DNA of 64,000 nucleotides from NCBI GenBank assembly GCA_000165345.1, contig CM000430.1, positions 64,001 to 128,000 of the forward strand, read 5' to 3'. Shown piece by piece: positions 1 to 10,687 of this stretch (position 1 is its first letter; each line of letters starts with the position of its first letter). The notes under the pieces were generated by a model. It saw only the letters and a program-made list of their open reading frames with translations, ran no database searches and was not told where the DNA came from. The position numbers and the translations under genes were made by a program.

Positions 1-1
1 T

Positions 2-763
2 CTACCAGACAATGTAAACAAGAATAATAGACCTCATTTACTTGGTTTGGAGGCTTTGAAATCCAATCAGAACTATACTCAAAACATTCAAATATTCGGA
101 GATGAAGGTATTATTAAGCAATTTGAGCCAATTCCATTCTCTGAGGAAAACCAGGACACAAATATTGAATCTAAATGTTATAGATATCGTATATTCTCTT
201 TACCTCCAAGAGCTGGAGCATCATCTAGCGAAAATGCACAAAAGACTGTTAGAGTTGCAATAAGAACAGAAATAGATGCTCAAATTCCAAATGCTGAATC
301 GGAAAACAGTGGATTCATTTTTGCTAGAGCTTTGAATGAGTATGATCCAAAGACTGTTAAAACTTGGAATACACAATTAGAAACTCAAAAAGGTGCTCTT
401 CTTGCAACAGAAATTAGAAATAATGCCTGTCAGTTAACTAAATGGGCAACACAGGCTTTACTTTCCAGTTGTGATATTCTCAAGCTTGGTTATATTGTTA
501 GAAGAACTCCTAATGATAGAGAGAGCCACCAAATTATTAGTGTCCAATCCTATAAAACTAAGGAATTGAGCGCTCAAATGGGACTAAAGGAAGAAAATGC
601 ATGGGGTATTGTTCGTGCTTTGGTTGATCTTTTATCTGAGCAACCAGAAGGTCAGTACGTCATTCTAAGAACCCCTGTAAAGCATGTACTCAGAGTATAT
701 AGAATACCTGATGAAGAAAGTAGTGAACTTCCTCAGGATGAACAAAATCACAATAAAGAATAG
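2..763 (+). CDS. EIF3D: eukaryotic translation initiation factor 3 subunit D (eIF3d), C-terminal part. The 5' end lies outside the window.
   Basis: Reading frame is open from base 2; the track's 47 start is a TTG. The C-terminus ...LKLGYIVRRTP...ENAWGIVRALVD...ILRTPVKHVLRVYRIPDEESSE plus an acidic tail closely parallels human eIF3d (...LKLGYVSRYHVKD...ENAWGILRCVIDI...NKQVIRVYSLPDGTFSSDEDEEE). Confidence 0.75.
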   Translation, partial: LPDNVNKNNRPHLLGLEALKSNQNYTQNIQIFGDEGIIKQFEPIPFSEENQDTNIESKCYRYRIFSLPPRAGASSSENAQKTVRVAIRTEIDAQIPNAESENSGFIFARALNEYDPKTVKTWNTQLETQKGALLATEIRNNACQLTKWATQALLSSCDILKLGYIVRRTPNDRESHQIISVQSYKTKELSAQMGLKEENAWGIVRALVDLLSEQPEGQYVILRTPVKHVLRVYRIPDEESSELPQDEQNHNKE

Positions 764-1190
764 GCTAGCATACGTTATTTTTTTATCCATTAATTAACAA
801 ACTTGTTTGTAGATTAATTTTAATAAAACTTAAATACCTATTTCTTTTTATCACTTTTATCAATACTAATGTCACTAAATTGATGATTTTTCTAAAATTA
901 ATTAAATATTATCAAATGCATGTATGCAATATTTTACCTTTTAGCCGCAAGGCTTCCCGCCTGAGACAAGTTTTTACTAGGTATCTGTTAGGCGGGAGAG
1001 TGCCAAATTAATATATTATTAAATTAAAGTCTATTTATATTTAATTATTTGTTTATTCAAATAGAACAAATTTGACTTGTCTCTAAATATTCTGTAATTA
1101 TTATTTGCCATGTTATTATTTAAATTATTAGAAACTATTAGTTATATTGTATAACATAAAAGACGAATTAGGCAAATTACCACAACATTA

Positions 1191-1200
1191 GGCGCCAAAA
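1191..1200. promoter_or_regulatory. E2F-like GGCGCCAAAA site ~80 bp upstream of RPL15. Two further E2F-like half sites (cttCCCGCCtg, ttaGGCGGGag) at ~960-1000 could pair as a 7-bp-stem hairpin.
   Basis: GC-rich motif in AT-rich intergenic DNA. It matches the E2F/DP consensus TTTSGCGCSAAA. Confidence 0.5.
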
Positions 1201-1280
1201 GGCATTTATACAAAAAATATTTAGTCAGAAGCCAATTGGAACCCTTCATATTTATATACATTTTTTTAATTTAAGGAAAA

Positions 1281-1898
1281 ATGGGAGCTTACAAGTACCT
1301 CGAGGAATTATATAAGCGCAAACAGTCTGACATCTTGCGTTTCCTTATGAGAGTTAGATCATGGGAATACCGTCAGTTGCCAGCAGTTATGAGATGCAGT
1401 CACCCAACACGTCCAGATAAGGCCAGAAGACTTGGATACAAGGCTAAACAAGGATATGTTGTATATCGTGTTAGAGTCAGACGTGGTGACCGTAAGAAAC
1501 GTGTTGCCAAGGGTATCGTCTATGGTAAACCAAAGAACCAGGGTATTTGCAAAATGAAGAGTACTCGTAATTTAAGAGCTGTTGCTGAGGAGAGAGTAGG
1601 AAAGTCAATCTGTGGTGGTCTCCGCGTCTTGAACTCATACTTTGTATGCCAAGATGCTACTTACAAGTTCTATGAGGTCATCTTAGTTGACCCAGCTCAC
1701 CCAGCTATCCGTAACGATGCAAGAATCAACTACATCTGCAACCCAGTACACAAACATCGTCAACAAAGAGGTCTTACTGCTGCAGGCAGAAAGTCACGTG
1801 GCTTACAAGTTAGAGGAGGTAGAGCCGCTCGTCTTAGACCATCTAGAAGAGCAGTCTATCGTCGCAGACAACTTATTCAGTTACGTAGATATCGTTAA
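1281..1898 (+). CDS. RPL15: 60S ribosomal protein L15e (RPL15), intronless.
   Basis: ATG at 1281. [34 protein letters not shown]...[30 protein letters not shown] aligns along its full length with eukaryotic RPL15, including the C-terminal ...QLRRYR. Confidence 0.95.
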   Translation: MGAYKYLEELYKRKQSDILRFLMRVRSWEYRQLPAVMRCSHPTRPDKARRLGYKAKQGYVVYRVRVRRGDRKKRVAKGIVYGKPKNQGICKMKSTRNLRAVAEERVGKSICGGLRVLNSYFVCQDATYKFYEVILVDPAHPAIRNDARINYICNPVHKHRQQRGLTAAGRKSRGLQVRGGRAARLRPSRRAVYRRRQLIQLRRYR

Positions 1899-2026
1899 AC
1901 CTATCTATAATCGGACCTCTAAATGCCTAGTTCGTATAATTGAGATCCGTTTTCTAGTTAAAATATCTATTCTATTTTTTGACAAAGTATGCTTAAGTAC
2001 TTTTAATGCCAGATTTCTTTCTTACA

Positions 2027-3268
2027 TTACATATTGAATAGAGAAGAAAAGGGTTGTTTTGATACATGTGTGTTTTGTGTAACTATTACATTAGTAATAG
2101 GATGATTCTCGGTGCTTGATATTTGATTATTGTATCTATCTGTGTGTCTATTATTTGTCTCAATTTGTCCATTAATATTTACTTCAAATGGATTCATACT
2201 GAAGATCCTTTCTTTAAGGAGCAATCTTGAACGCGTGGCTTTGGAAAGTTTTCTTGGAGAGGAACTTTTAGAACTGCTGTTCGTATCAAGAGTTGGAGAA
2301 GTATTCGAATTTGAATTAGCTCTGAGTCTAGTTGACCATTTTGAAGCAGTTTCATTAATTGTCTCATTGATTGTTTCATTCATAATATTAGGTTGAATGC
2401 CTACCCTATTTTCAATACTCTTCTCCTTTGCTTTAACAAAATTCATTGAAGTTTCTATTGGACTATTTGTATCTTTTGCCCGACATTCTCCGATAACTCT
2501 ATCAGAAACTCCATAATAAATTTCTTCAAAATACGTCTCTTCATTTATTAACTCATCTTCAGAATCAAAATCAATCATCTTACAAATATTGAATAATTGC
2601 CTTGAATACTTTTCAATGCAAGATTGTAATGATACATTTGTTAAAAATAAATCAATCTCTTTATGATTTTTCGTATTATCAATGGCTTCTAATTCAGTAT
2701 TGGAATTGCTCTTTTGCTCGTGTTCTAAATTTGGAGGAAGAGAAGAAGCATTTCTGAAATTTGAATTTTGGATCTTTTTGCTTCTACCTCTATAGTTTGA
2801 ATTAGATTTAGTTTCATGGCTTGCTTGAAAATAGGTACCATCTGAATCTCTGTAGCTTTTTGTACGTACATTTAAATCATCTCTACTCTTACCTTTATTA
2901 GTTGTTCTGGCTTTACTTTTTTCTTTAGATTTATTATTTACAGGCGAAACACTTCTACACAAACTCCAGAAGACCCTTTCATCAGATCTCAATGACTCTA
3001 AATAATTCCTATACTCGGAAGATGCCTTATAGTAATTCTTTGATACTCTCTGTGTTCTTTTCTCCAATTGCTTCTCAGGAGATAGTTTATATTTGTTAAT
3101 TTCGTTAATATCATTATCCTGAAATTTCAAAAAAAAGTGATTTATAACACTCAAAACCTAAAGTCTACTCGGTAGAAAACTTACTCTCCAGTTTGGGCGT
3201 ATCTCAAAATTCATCCCATTTACCCCAACCTTCTCAGTTTGCTTAGTATTTGGATTGTTATTCTCCAT
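2027..3268 (-). CDS. Hypothetical Ser/Asn/Lys-rich protein with two exons: join(2027..3118, ~3185..3268), intron ~3119..3184 (66 nt, GTAAGT...TTTCAG).
   Basis: The track ORF 2027..3154 begins with a TTG. Directly upstream an in-frame ATG exon (MENNNPNTKQTEKVGVNGMNFEIRPNWR) ends in a GTAAGT donor. The TTTCAG acceptor joins it in phase to DNDINEINKYK... No recognisable domain. Confidence 0.5.
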
Positions 3269-3413
3269 CTATGCATAAACCCCTACTAAATCTCTACTTA
3301 ATTATCATCCATTTTGAATTCTATTACTATTCCTTAAATATATTCAATTATTTATTCTTATACATGTGATGGCTAAATACATTTTCCACACAAACTAAAT
3401 AAAAAACCTACAT

Positions 3414-3424
3414 GGCGCCAAAAC
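3414..3424. promoter_or_regulatory. E2F-like GGCGCCAAAAC site upstream of the MORC-Kelch gene, with a second site (TTGGCGCC) at 3648..3655.
   Basis: Two GC islands in the ~640-bp region between two diverging genes. Confidence 0.45.
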
Positions 3425-3789
3425 TTAAAATATTAAAGAGAAACTTATAGCAAGTGAGAGAATGAAATAAAAACATGTCAAGAATAGCATCAAATTAATA
3501 AACAAGAGTGCAAATTTATAGAAACTCTTCAATATTGAAAATAGATTCAACCAATTTTTCTCCCCCTTCCCTCACCACCATATTTACAAGTTCATAAATA
3601 TTACAGCTTACAAACGCTAGGGTACCAAATAAGACTTGAATTATTAGTTGGCGCCTACTTTTCAAAGTGTAATAAATGATTAAAGTAAGTAAATATACTG
3701 TTTTATGTTGAGTTAAAAGCATAGCAATCAACAATTTTGTCAGCTTGATTGTTGGGAAATAGAATTTGAGGTTTATTTCTTCATTACAA

Positions 3790-6700
3790 ATGAAGCAAAT
3801 AACAGCTCTCAAGGAACAAATGAAGGATCAAGAAGAAAATAAAGGTGATATTCATAATACACAAATATTCCTTGAAAATGGGACATTAATGCTAATTAAG
3901 GATGATAGAACGGCACTTAGAAGATTAGATTTAGAAAACTGTAATGCGATGCAAATACCTTCTGCCCCTGACTTTAAGTTGTATTATAGGACAGGGTCAG
4001 AAGATACTGAAGGGGGGGGTGCTTGTAATCGGCTTCGAGTGCAAATAGTTGCAATTTCAAAAAAACTTAATAATGAGGAGGAGAAAGGAGACTTAAATCT
4101 GATCTCCAGTGTTTTAAAGGAGAAACTTAATCATTGGAATAAGGAATTGGAACTACGAACTGAAATAGCGTATATACAGAAAAATATTAGAATTGGTAAT
4201 GAGTATGCTGTTACTAAACTTCCAACATTTCTTAGCCTTTTAAATGCTTTATGCTCAGATAAGGTAACAACAGGAGAACAGAGGAAAAGGATAAGGGATA
4301 CAGTTAACTTATTTTTGATGGGAGAAATAAGATACGATGACATTTTTCTCATTTTTTCAAAAATTTTGGGAGATCAGGTACTTCATCACTTGATTGCTTC
4401 TCTTGAAGGACCATTAGAAAATGATGGTAGCTTAGATTTCTCTTGGATGGCTCGCTCATTCGAATTCAAGAAAGAAATCTCTCCATTTGAAAAACTTTTA
4501 TCATATACAGATATCCAAAACTTTCTTAAGGACTCTATTAAGCTGTTTCCACTCAATGGCTTTGATCCCCTGGATATTCCTAATGTAGGTTATTCTTCAG
4601 TTAAATGTGGTCAATACTTGATATTTTTGGGTGGAATAAAATCATCAAAGAGAGAAAATGGAATAAGAAATATTTCCCTATACTCTTTTGATAAAATTAA
4701 TGTACTTAATACAGAAACCTTGAAAGTTTCCAGTTTTATTTGTCCTGGTACCACGCCAAAATCAACAATACACCACTCTAGTAATTTGCTTATGTCTCAA
4801 TCTGGCCCTAAAATACTTCTTTCTGGCGGACTTTACTGGGATGAATCTTCTAAAGAATTCAAGTTTTCTGATACAACTTCTGTATTTGATATGAAAACCA
4901 GAGGTTGGAAAATACTTGATGGCTGTGCAAATACTCCCAGGTTTCTACATACATCTCTCACATACCCACAGCATTCAACTGGTAAATCCTCACAATTCAT
5001 TATCGTTTTTGGAGGGCTTACAAAAAGCCTTACAGAAATCTCTCCCTCTAATGATCTTTGGGTTTTCTCTACTAAATTTAATTCATGGACCCAAGTAGCT
5101 GTTCTTCCTGCACCAAACTCAACTCAGACTGAACTTCCAATGCCAAGGTTCGGTCATAGTATGGCTTGGATAAGCGAGAAAACATTCTTGATTTATGGTG
5201 GCGAGACTAGAACAAAAGAAGAAGATGATAATTATGTTGGTGCATTATTAAATGATATTTGGTCATTTACAATTAACTCTAATGATCATGATATAGAGAA
5301 CCTAAATATAAGAGGCCATTGGACAAAAATTTCTTCTACAGGATCTCCTAGGCCTGCATCTTCCCTCCATGCATGCATTTCTCTGAGTTTTCTCAAGAAT
5401 GACTCGAGAATTGAGAAAGTCACTGATATGATACTTGGTTCTACAGATGATTCCAACAATACCAACCAGTTACTATTCATTGGAGGGTGTTCATCCCCAC
5501 TCATTAAGAGTTATCCAATTCACTTAAATGATCAAGAACCAGCCTCAGAAGATAGTAAACATAATCAAGACTGGTTTCTATATAATATAGAGGGCTCAAA
5601 ATTTGAGCTTCACTCAAAGAATGAAGCTCAAATGGGTATTTTTGATATTAATTCCAAAAAATGGACAGGTATTGAAAACCTTAAAGTCTCCAATCCTTCT
5701 CCTACTAGCAAGTCAATGCTTACCCCTCTAATTGAACAGGATGACTTTTCAAATATGACTATACTAGGAGGGACATCTTTAATATTTGAAACTACTTCTA
5801 TTAACAAAAATACGGTAATTCCCTGTATACTACTTCAAATGTTAGATAAAAGTAATTTGAAAGCTAAAGGAAGTCAAAGAAGATTTTTTGCACTTTCATT
5901 GTTAGGCTTAGAACCGTATTTTTCTACTGCTCACGATGAAACAGATTTGAATTTGGAACAAAATAATGCAGGCCTTATTACAGAGGAACCTACTATTTCA
6001 GAATCTGTCTCAAAGTATCTAAAACCAAAAGCGAACAAGAACTTCTCTATTTCAGCATCTGTATTTTCTCCTTTTAGCTCATCTCAAAGTTGGATTTTTG
6101 GAGCCATAGCTCATTTGACTGATAATTCCTTCTCAACTGAGGTTAATTCTAGCATATTTGAAATTTCAATATGCAAAAACTACATTTCTGTTATAGACAA
6201 TGGCTCAGGATTGTGTTATGAAGATCTAAATAGACTATTCAAACATTTTGGAACAGATTCTTGTGGCTCAATGGATGAATGTCTAACAGATTCTAAGAAT
6301 AGTTCACCATTGAAAATGTATGGTCTGGGATTCAAGCATGCATTTTCACGTCTCTCTGATACATGTATGGTTTTCACAAAAACTAGTAACTATATTGGAG
6401 TAGGACTATTATGCAAATCTATTATGAAATCTGAAAATTTGATTGAAAATAGATATTGGACTCCTATTTGCTATTGGTATTCTGATACAATGAAACCTTT
6501 AATCCCAAAAGGATCGTCCATATCCGAGTATGAAGAGAACCAAAGATTGATTCTTAAATATGGTTTTGTAAAGGATCCGAGCCTTTTCTGTGACCATTTT
6601 AATTCAATAGATTCTTGTTCAGGCACAAAAATGTTATTTTCTCTGGATGAGAAATATATAAAGCTTCATCCAACACAGTATCTAGAAGTTTCCGATAAGG

Positions 6701-7536
6701 GAATGAATCTTTTAAACCAAGGAAATTCTCTTATCGATTCGAACCATTTAAATTCTTGTGTTTTCTCAATCCCTGAAGAAGAGATGAATACTCAATCTTC
6801 AGAGTCAACTAATTCCACCATTTCTCCATTTTGGAAATCTGAAAGGTATTCAATAGACTACTCACTATCTACCTATCTTAGCTGGCTCTACTTGAACAAG
6901 ACTCAAAAAATCTTTTGCCAAGGAAGACTTATATCTCATGATGACAAGTCTGAATCTTTAAGTTTGTACGATTTTCTAACTCAAAATCTAAATCAGCCTG
7001 TGGAGTTATCTAGAATATATAAAAATGGTTCTAATGATGGAGCTTTTGCTTTAATTGGGAAGCTTTGCTCCAGTTCTAAAAATGATGAACAGAACACAAC
7101 AATGACAACTGAATCTGAAATTAGAGAAAACAATGCAGAACGTCCAAATGATATCTCATCAGCTAGCTCTAAGATCTCCAAATCTGAGAAAATCTTTGAA
7201 GCAGGCATTCTGTTGTACTATAATGGCCGTCTCATTCGAAGATTAGAACACACTTTCCCATGTACAAAACCTAAAGAATTGAATGAATTCCAATTAACTG
7301 CTCTAATCAACGTCCCACACTGGCTTAAACCTGCTAGCAACAAACAAGAATTCTTGTTAGAAAGAACCGGAATTTTTGAAGAATTCCAAGACCATATTAG
7401 AGAATTAATTTCGGTATATATTAACATTCATCATGATCAAAGCAAGCTTAAGGCTTGGGAGGCTGAATTCAATAATTCTAGCTCCGAAGATTCAAGCTTG
7501 ATCCGCCCAAATAAGATCCCCAAATTAGAAGGATAA
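3790..7536 (+). CDS. MORC: MORC-family GHKL ATPase fused to an N-terminal Kelch beta-propeller (apicomplexan MORC-like chromatin factor).
   Basis: First ATG is at 3790; the track's 3766 is a TTG. Kelch-like blades are YLIFLGG, LLSGGLYWDE, FIIVFGGL, FLIYGGETR, LLFIGGCSS and MTILGGTS. Downstream lie a GHKL N-box (AIAHLTDNSFS), a G1 box (ISVIDNGSGL) and the MORC-type G2 box (MYGLGFKHAFSRLS, compare YGNGFKSGSMRLG). A Kelch+MORC domain order is the architecture described for apicomplexan MORC. Confidence 0.65.
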   Translation: MKQITALKEQMKDQEENKGDIHNTQIFLENGTLMLIKDDRTALRRLDLENCNAMQIPSAPDFKLYYRTGSEDTEGGGACNRLRVQIVAISKKLNNEEEKGDLNLISSVLKEKLNHWNKELELRTEIAYIQKNIRIGNEYAVTKLPTFLSLLNALCSDKVTTGEQRKRIRDTVNLFLMGEIRYDDIFLIFSKILGDQVLHHLIASLEGPLENDGSLDFSWMARSFEFKKEISPFEKLLSYTDIQNFLKDSIKLFPLNGFDPLDIPNVGYSSVKCGQYLIFLGGIKSSKRENGIRNISLYSFDKINVLNTETLKVSSFICPGTTPKSTIHHSSNLLMSQSGPKILLSGGLYWDESSKEFKFSDTTSVFDMKTRGWKILDGCANTPRFLHTSLTYPQHSTGKSSQFIIVFGGLTKSLTEISPSNDLWVFSTKFNSWTQVAVLPAPNSTQTELPMPRFGHSMAWISEKTFLIYGGETRTKEEDDNYVGALLNDIWSFTINSNDHDIENLNIRGHWTKISSTGSPRPASSLHACISLSFLKNDSRIEKVTDMILGSTDDSNNTNQLLFIGGCSSPLIKSYPIHLNDQEPASEDSKHNQDWFLYNIEGSKFELHSKNEAQMGIFDINSKKWTGIENLKVSNPSPTSKSMLTPLIEQDDFSNMTILGGTSLIFETTSINKNTVIPCILLQMLDKSNLKAKGSQRRFFALSLLGLEPYFSTAHDETDLNLEQNNAGLITEEPTISESVSKYLKPKANKNFSISASVFSPFSSSQSWIFGAIAHLTDNSFSTEVNSSIFEISICKNYISVIDNGSGLCYEDLNRLFKHFGTDSCGSMDECLTDSKNSSPLKMYGLGFKHAFSRLSDTCMVFTKTSNYIGVGLLCKSIMKSENLIENRYWTPICYWYSDTMKPLIPKGSSISEYEENQRLILKYGFVKDPSLFCDHFNSIDSCSGTKMLFSLDEKYIKLHPTQYLEVSDKGMNLLNQGNSLIDSNHLNSCVFSIPEEEMNTQSSESTNSTISPFWKSERYSIDYSLSTYLSWLYLNKTQKIFCQGRLISHDDKSESLSLYDFLTQNLNQPVELSRIYKNGSNDGAFALIGKLCSSSKNDEQNTTMTTESEIRENNAERPNDISSASSKISKSEKIFEAGILLYYNGRLIRRLEHTFPCTKPKELNEFQLTALINVPHWLKPASNKQEFLLERTGIFEEFQDHIRELISVYINIHHDQSKLKAWEAEFNNSSSEDSSLIRPNKIPKLEG

Positions 7537-7794
7537 ATTAATCTCTTTTATAAACTAATTAGATAAATCAACAATTAAGGCCTACCCTGATTGTCTGCCC
7601 CCTTATCTATTTAAATCAAAGTAATGGTCAGTTGAAATAACTATGCAATGCGCATAGTATTACCACACTATTCCATTCTATAAAATACTAATTTCTTCCT
7701 ATTATTCAAACTTTCTCTACAGAAATTGATCAAAACATACTTTTGCTCTACTCACCTTCTTAGCATGTTTTATCTTTCTGTGCTGTTTCCAAGA

Positions 7795-7852
7795 GCCCGC
7801 CAAAACTCAGAAAATCCGGTACCGAAATTTACAAATACATTTCGCGGGAAAA
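7795..7852. promoter_or_regulatory. Pair of E2F-like sites, GCCCGCCAAAA (7795..7805) and canonical TTTCGCGGGAAAA (7840..7852), ~560 bp upstream of the ENT gene.
   Basis: Exact match to the E2F consensus TTTCGCGGGAAA in intergenic DNA. Confidence 0.55.
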
Positions 7853-8411
7853 TTGTATAACGGTTAGTAGCTTGGTCACAAGCTTAGTAGAACGATATGC
7901 TAGTCACAAAAGGAATATAATTTGGATGTATAATATTCTTTAGAATTAAGGTCCTTTTAAAAAGTTGAAAGTTCAAACAATCAAGCTGGATTTAAGAACG
8001 AATATTTATTAAAAGTAGGAAGCTTAGCATCTTGTTATTTTATTTCTTAATCAGAGTTTCAAATATAAATATATAAATATATATATAAATATATATATTG
8101 ATTAAAGAATGTAAGATTGCAGGAGACTACCGTGCTTTGTAAGGGTATTGAAATAACTATTTCCACTTAAGAGAGTTTGGTTAGCGAATTGTTTCCAAAT
8201 TTCAGTTAAAGCATTAATTAAATATTAGTGAATAAAGGTATCTTACTTTATCAACTTTACAAAATAAATTCAATATTACAGGTAAATTTAATTGATTTGA
8301 GATTCAATACTTGTTATTAGAGAACCTAGCTTTTACAAACTTTGAAGGTTTCTATCTATAATGAATTCAAACTAATAATTGGAAATAATATATTTGAAAG
8401 ATTTTATCACA

Positions 8412-9761
8412 ATGAAATCTGAAAGACTAGAAAATTCAAGTACGGCTAGCATTCCTTACTTTACATCATTATTTCAATCTGGAGGGCTTATCCCTAAACG
8501 TGAAAGACTGTATGCTCGTCTCGTATTTATTACATTTGGTATCGCTTCCTTATTTATGTGGAATACATATTTAAGTTGTTATGGGATCTTAAATAAACAG
8601 TTATTTCCAGGAATGGGATTTATTCAATATGTTCAAACCAGTTATATGACATCGGTATTCATAGGTAACTTAACTATGGTTTTTGGTTTGACTCATATTT
8701 TTGATCCTCATCATTGTACCGTGATATTTAATTGCGTTGGTGCATTGCAGTCTTCAATTATCTGTTTATCTGTGTGGCTTCTTCATGGTACCTATTTGGG
8801 TTGTTCATTAAATATTTTAATTGCAGGGCTTGTAGCTTTTAGTTGTGCAATTTTGATACCAGAAACATTCACATTAGCAGCTATTATGCCAGAAAGCTTT
8901 TGTTCAGATGTCTCTTTGGGACAAAGTTTTAGTGGTGCTATTACATTTACCCTAACAATTATTTTGGATATATTTATTCCACATGATATTCAAGGAAGGA
9001 AATTATTAGTGACAGTAATGTTTGCCTTAAGTACAATAATTTCCCTTTTTGCTGCATTTTTGGCTCAATCATTAACTAAATCTCCTTGGTGTTATTCAGC
9101 TATTGCAGAAATTCGTAGAAAATCCAATTCAAGCACACTAATATCCGTAAATCAATACAGAAATGATTCCCAATTGTCTTACGAAGATTCTTTAGTTTCA
9201 GTTCCTATTTCTCTTGAAACTGAAAATAGCTTCGAATGCAGAAGTACCCATTTGGAAGTTACAAGGCAGATTTGGCCACAACTCTATAATATATTCATGT
9301 CATTCATGGTTACTTTAGCTGTATTCCCAACAATTTGTGCAGAATGGGACACATTTTTACCTGAAAAATACTCCAATATATTAATGGTCATTTTGGTTGG
9401 AATGTTTCATCTCGGTGATATGCTTGGAAGACATGTACCAAAGTTCGGATTCACCATTCCTCCTTCTCTTCTCTGGATTCTAACCACATCCAGACTTGCT
9501 TTTATACCGCTTTATGCTGCCATTAAAAATGCCAGTTATGATTCATTTCTTGCTTCTATTTGGACTAAAATTATTGTTCAATTTTTCTTGGCATTCACTA
9601 ACGGACTTTCTGCATACCTTGCCTTCATTTATGGGCCTGAAACTGTATACTTTAGGCATAATAAAGAGAAAGCGTCTTTTCTCCTTGCCATTTATAATGT
9701 AGCAGGTATGACAGCAGGAAGCTGGCTTATGAACCTTCTTGTCTGGGTTAAATACTTTTGA
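8412..9761 (+). CDS. ENT: Equilibrative nucleoside transporter (ENT/SLC29 family), ~11 transmembrane helices.
   Basis: First ATG is at 8412; the track's 8379 is a TTG. The TM1 motif LVFITFGIASLFMWNT corresponds to the ENT ...LPWN... signature. The C-terminal half (FHLGDMLGRHVP, FTNGLSAYLAFIYGPE) aligns with human ENT1 (FNIFDWLGRSLT, FSNGYLASLCMCFGPK). Confidence 0.75.
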   Translation: MKSERLENSSTASIPYFTSLFQSGGLIPKRERLYARLVFITFGIASLFMWNTYLSCYGILNKQLFPGMGFIQYVQTSYMTSVFIGNLTMVFGLTHIFDPHHCTVIFNCVGALQSSIICLSVWLLHGTYLGCSLNILIAGLVAFSCAILIPETFTLAAIMPESFCSDVSLGQSFSGAITFTLTIILDIFIPHDIQGRKLLVTVMFALSTIISLFAAFLAQSLTKSPWCYSAIAEIRRKSNSSTLISVNQYRNDSQLSYEDSLVSVPISLETENSFECRSTHLEVTRQIWPQLYNIFMSFMVTLAVFPTICAEWDTFLPEKYSNILMVILVGMFHLGDMLGRHVPKFGFTIPPSLLWILTTSRLAFIPLYAAIKNASYDSFLASIWTKIIVQFFLAFTNGLSAYLAFIYGPETVYFRHNKEKASFLLAIYNVAGMTAGSWLMNLLVWVKYF

Positions 9762-9992
9762 TTATTTACAACCCTAATATTGGAATAACAATCTATGGAA
9801 TCGTAATATGATCAATATTACCTCTTATTTAAGAATGACTATTTTATATAGCTTTTATTCACTCGAGAAGAAAGTGGATTGTAGGCCTATATTATGTTGC
9901 TTAATAGTTAATGACTATAGTATTTACTTCTATTTGAATCTAATTAATAAATGAATATTTACGTATTTTCAATCTATTCATTTTAAACTAAT

Positions 9993-10503
9993 CTATTTAA
10001 ATTTTGGGTACCCCATAATTTTCTCAAAACGGTCCCAAAAATTTCTTTCCCACCCTAGCATACACTGTTCAAGACAACCAGGGTTTCCAAATTTGTCTAG
10101 AGATGGGATTCCGGTCTGAACTAATACTACTTCAGTACAATCATCCTCTCCAATTAATGGTCTGAACTCAATAACAACTTTTGAATAAACTCCCTCCTCC
10201 CAAGAACTAAATCTCCAATTTTGTTCTATTCTTGTATCTTTATCCAGACTAATATTTGTTCCTTCTACTGATCCATTGTATAAAGAGAACTTCCCTCCTT
10301 CTTTTGGATCCTATTAAGAAATTAAGGTGAGTAATAAAAATTCATCTTAGCTGAACCCACAAGATTATTTTCAATATTAAACTTACCATTAAACATTTAC
10401 TTCCTAATGAAAGCCTGGTCAAATCAGATTCATCCAGGAAACTATTGTACAATACTCTTGGTGGGACTCTAAAAGTTGCACCACTTTCCACTTTATTTGA
10501 CAT
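9993..10503 (-). CDS. Stand-alone Aha1 C-terminal-domain protein (AHSA1/Bet v1-like, Hsp90 co-chaperone family), 145 aa, two exons: join(~9993..10310, ~10387..10503), intron ~76 nt (GTAAGT...TTAATAG). Not in the ORF track.
   Basis: Hand translation: exon 1 is MSNKVESGATFRVPPRVLYNSFLDESDLTRLSLGSKCLM, ending in a GTAAGT donor. Exon 2 is DPKEGGKFSLYNGSVEGTNISLDKDTRIEQNWRFSSWEEGVYSKVVIEFRPLIGEDDCTEVVLVQTGIPSLDKFGNPGCLEQCMLGWERNFWDRFEKIMGYPKFK*. The product aligns with the human AHSA1 C-terminal domain (GGKFHMVDGNVSGEF...KWRFKSWPEGHFATITLTF...GRGIP...QGWQRYYFEGIKQTFGY). Confidence 0.7.
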
Positions 10504-10687
10504 TTTGAAATAAGCTTCCAAAGTTCTTGAACTAATTAAAATTACTTGTATTTATTTTCCTGTGATCAAAAAAAAACTTTAATATGAAAAGCCCGCTCAA
10601 TATTTACAAGGTAATTAAATATATAAGAGCTGTCTTAAAATACAAAAAGTCATAGGATAGAAAAAAAAATCAGCAAGTCCAGTGCAA

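Noticed and set aside
2130-2396. Plus-strand ORFs 2130..2396 and 1687..2037, and minus ORF 2194..2379, overlapping the 2027..3268 gene or the RPL15 3' end
   Set aside because: They lie antisense to, or out of frame with, a longer supported gene. They have low-complexity translations and no start context.
4131-7427. Short ORFs inside the MORC gene (4131..4352-, 4916..5098+, 5286..5504-, 6993..7208-, 7218..7427-)
   Set aside because: They are nested in or antisense to a 3.7-kb ORF with domain support. These are typical chance ORFs.
9496-9702. ORF 9496..9702 + inside the ENT gene; also 11038..11586 - and 11932..12183 - inside Notchless, and 13856..14044 - inside the 12810 gene
   Set aside because: Alternative-frame or antisense ORFs within well-supported genes.
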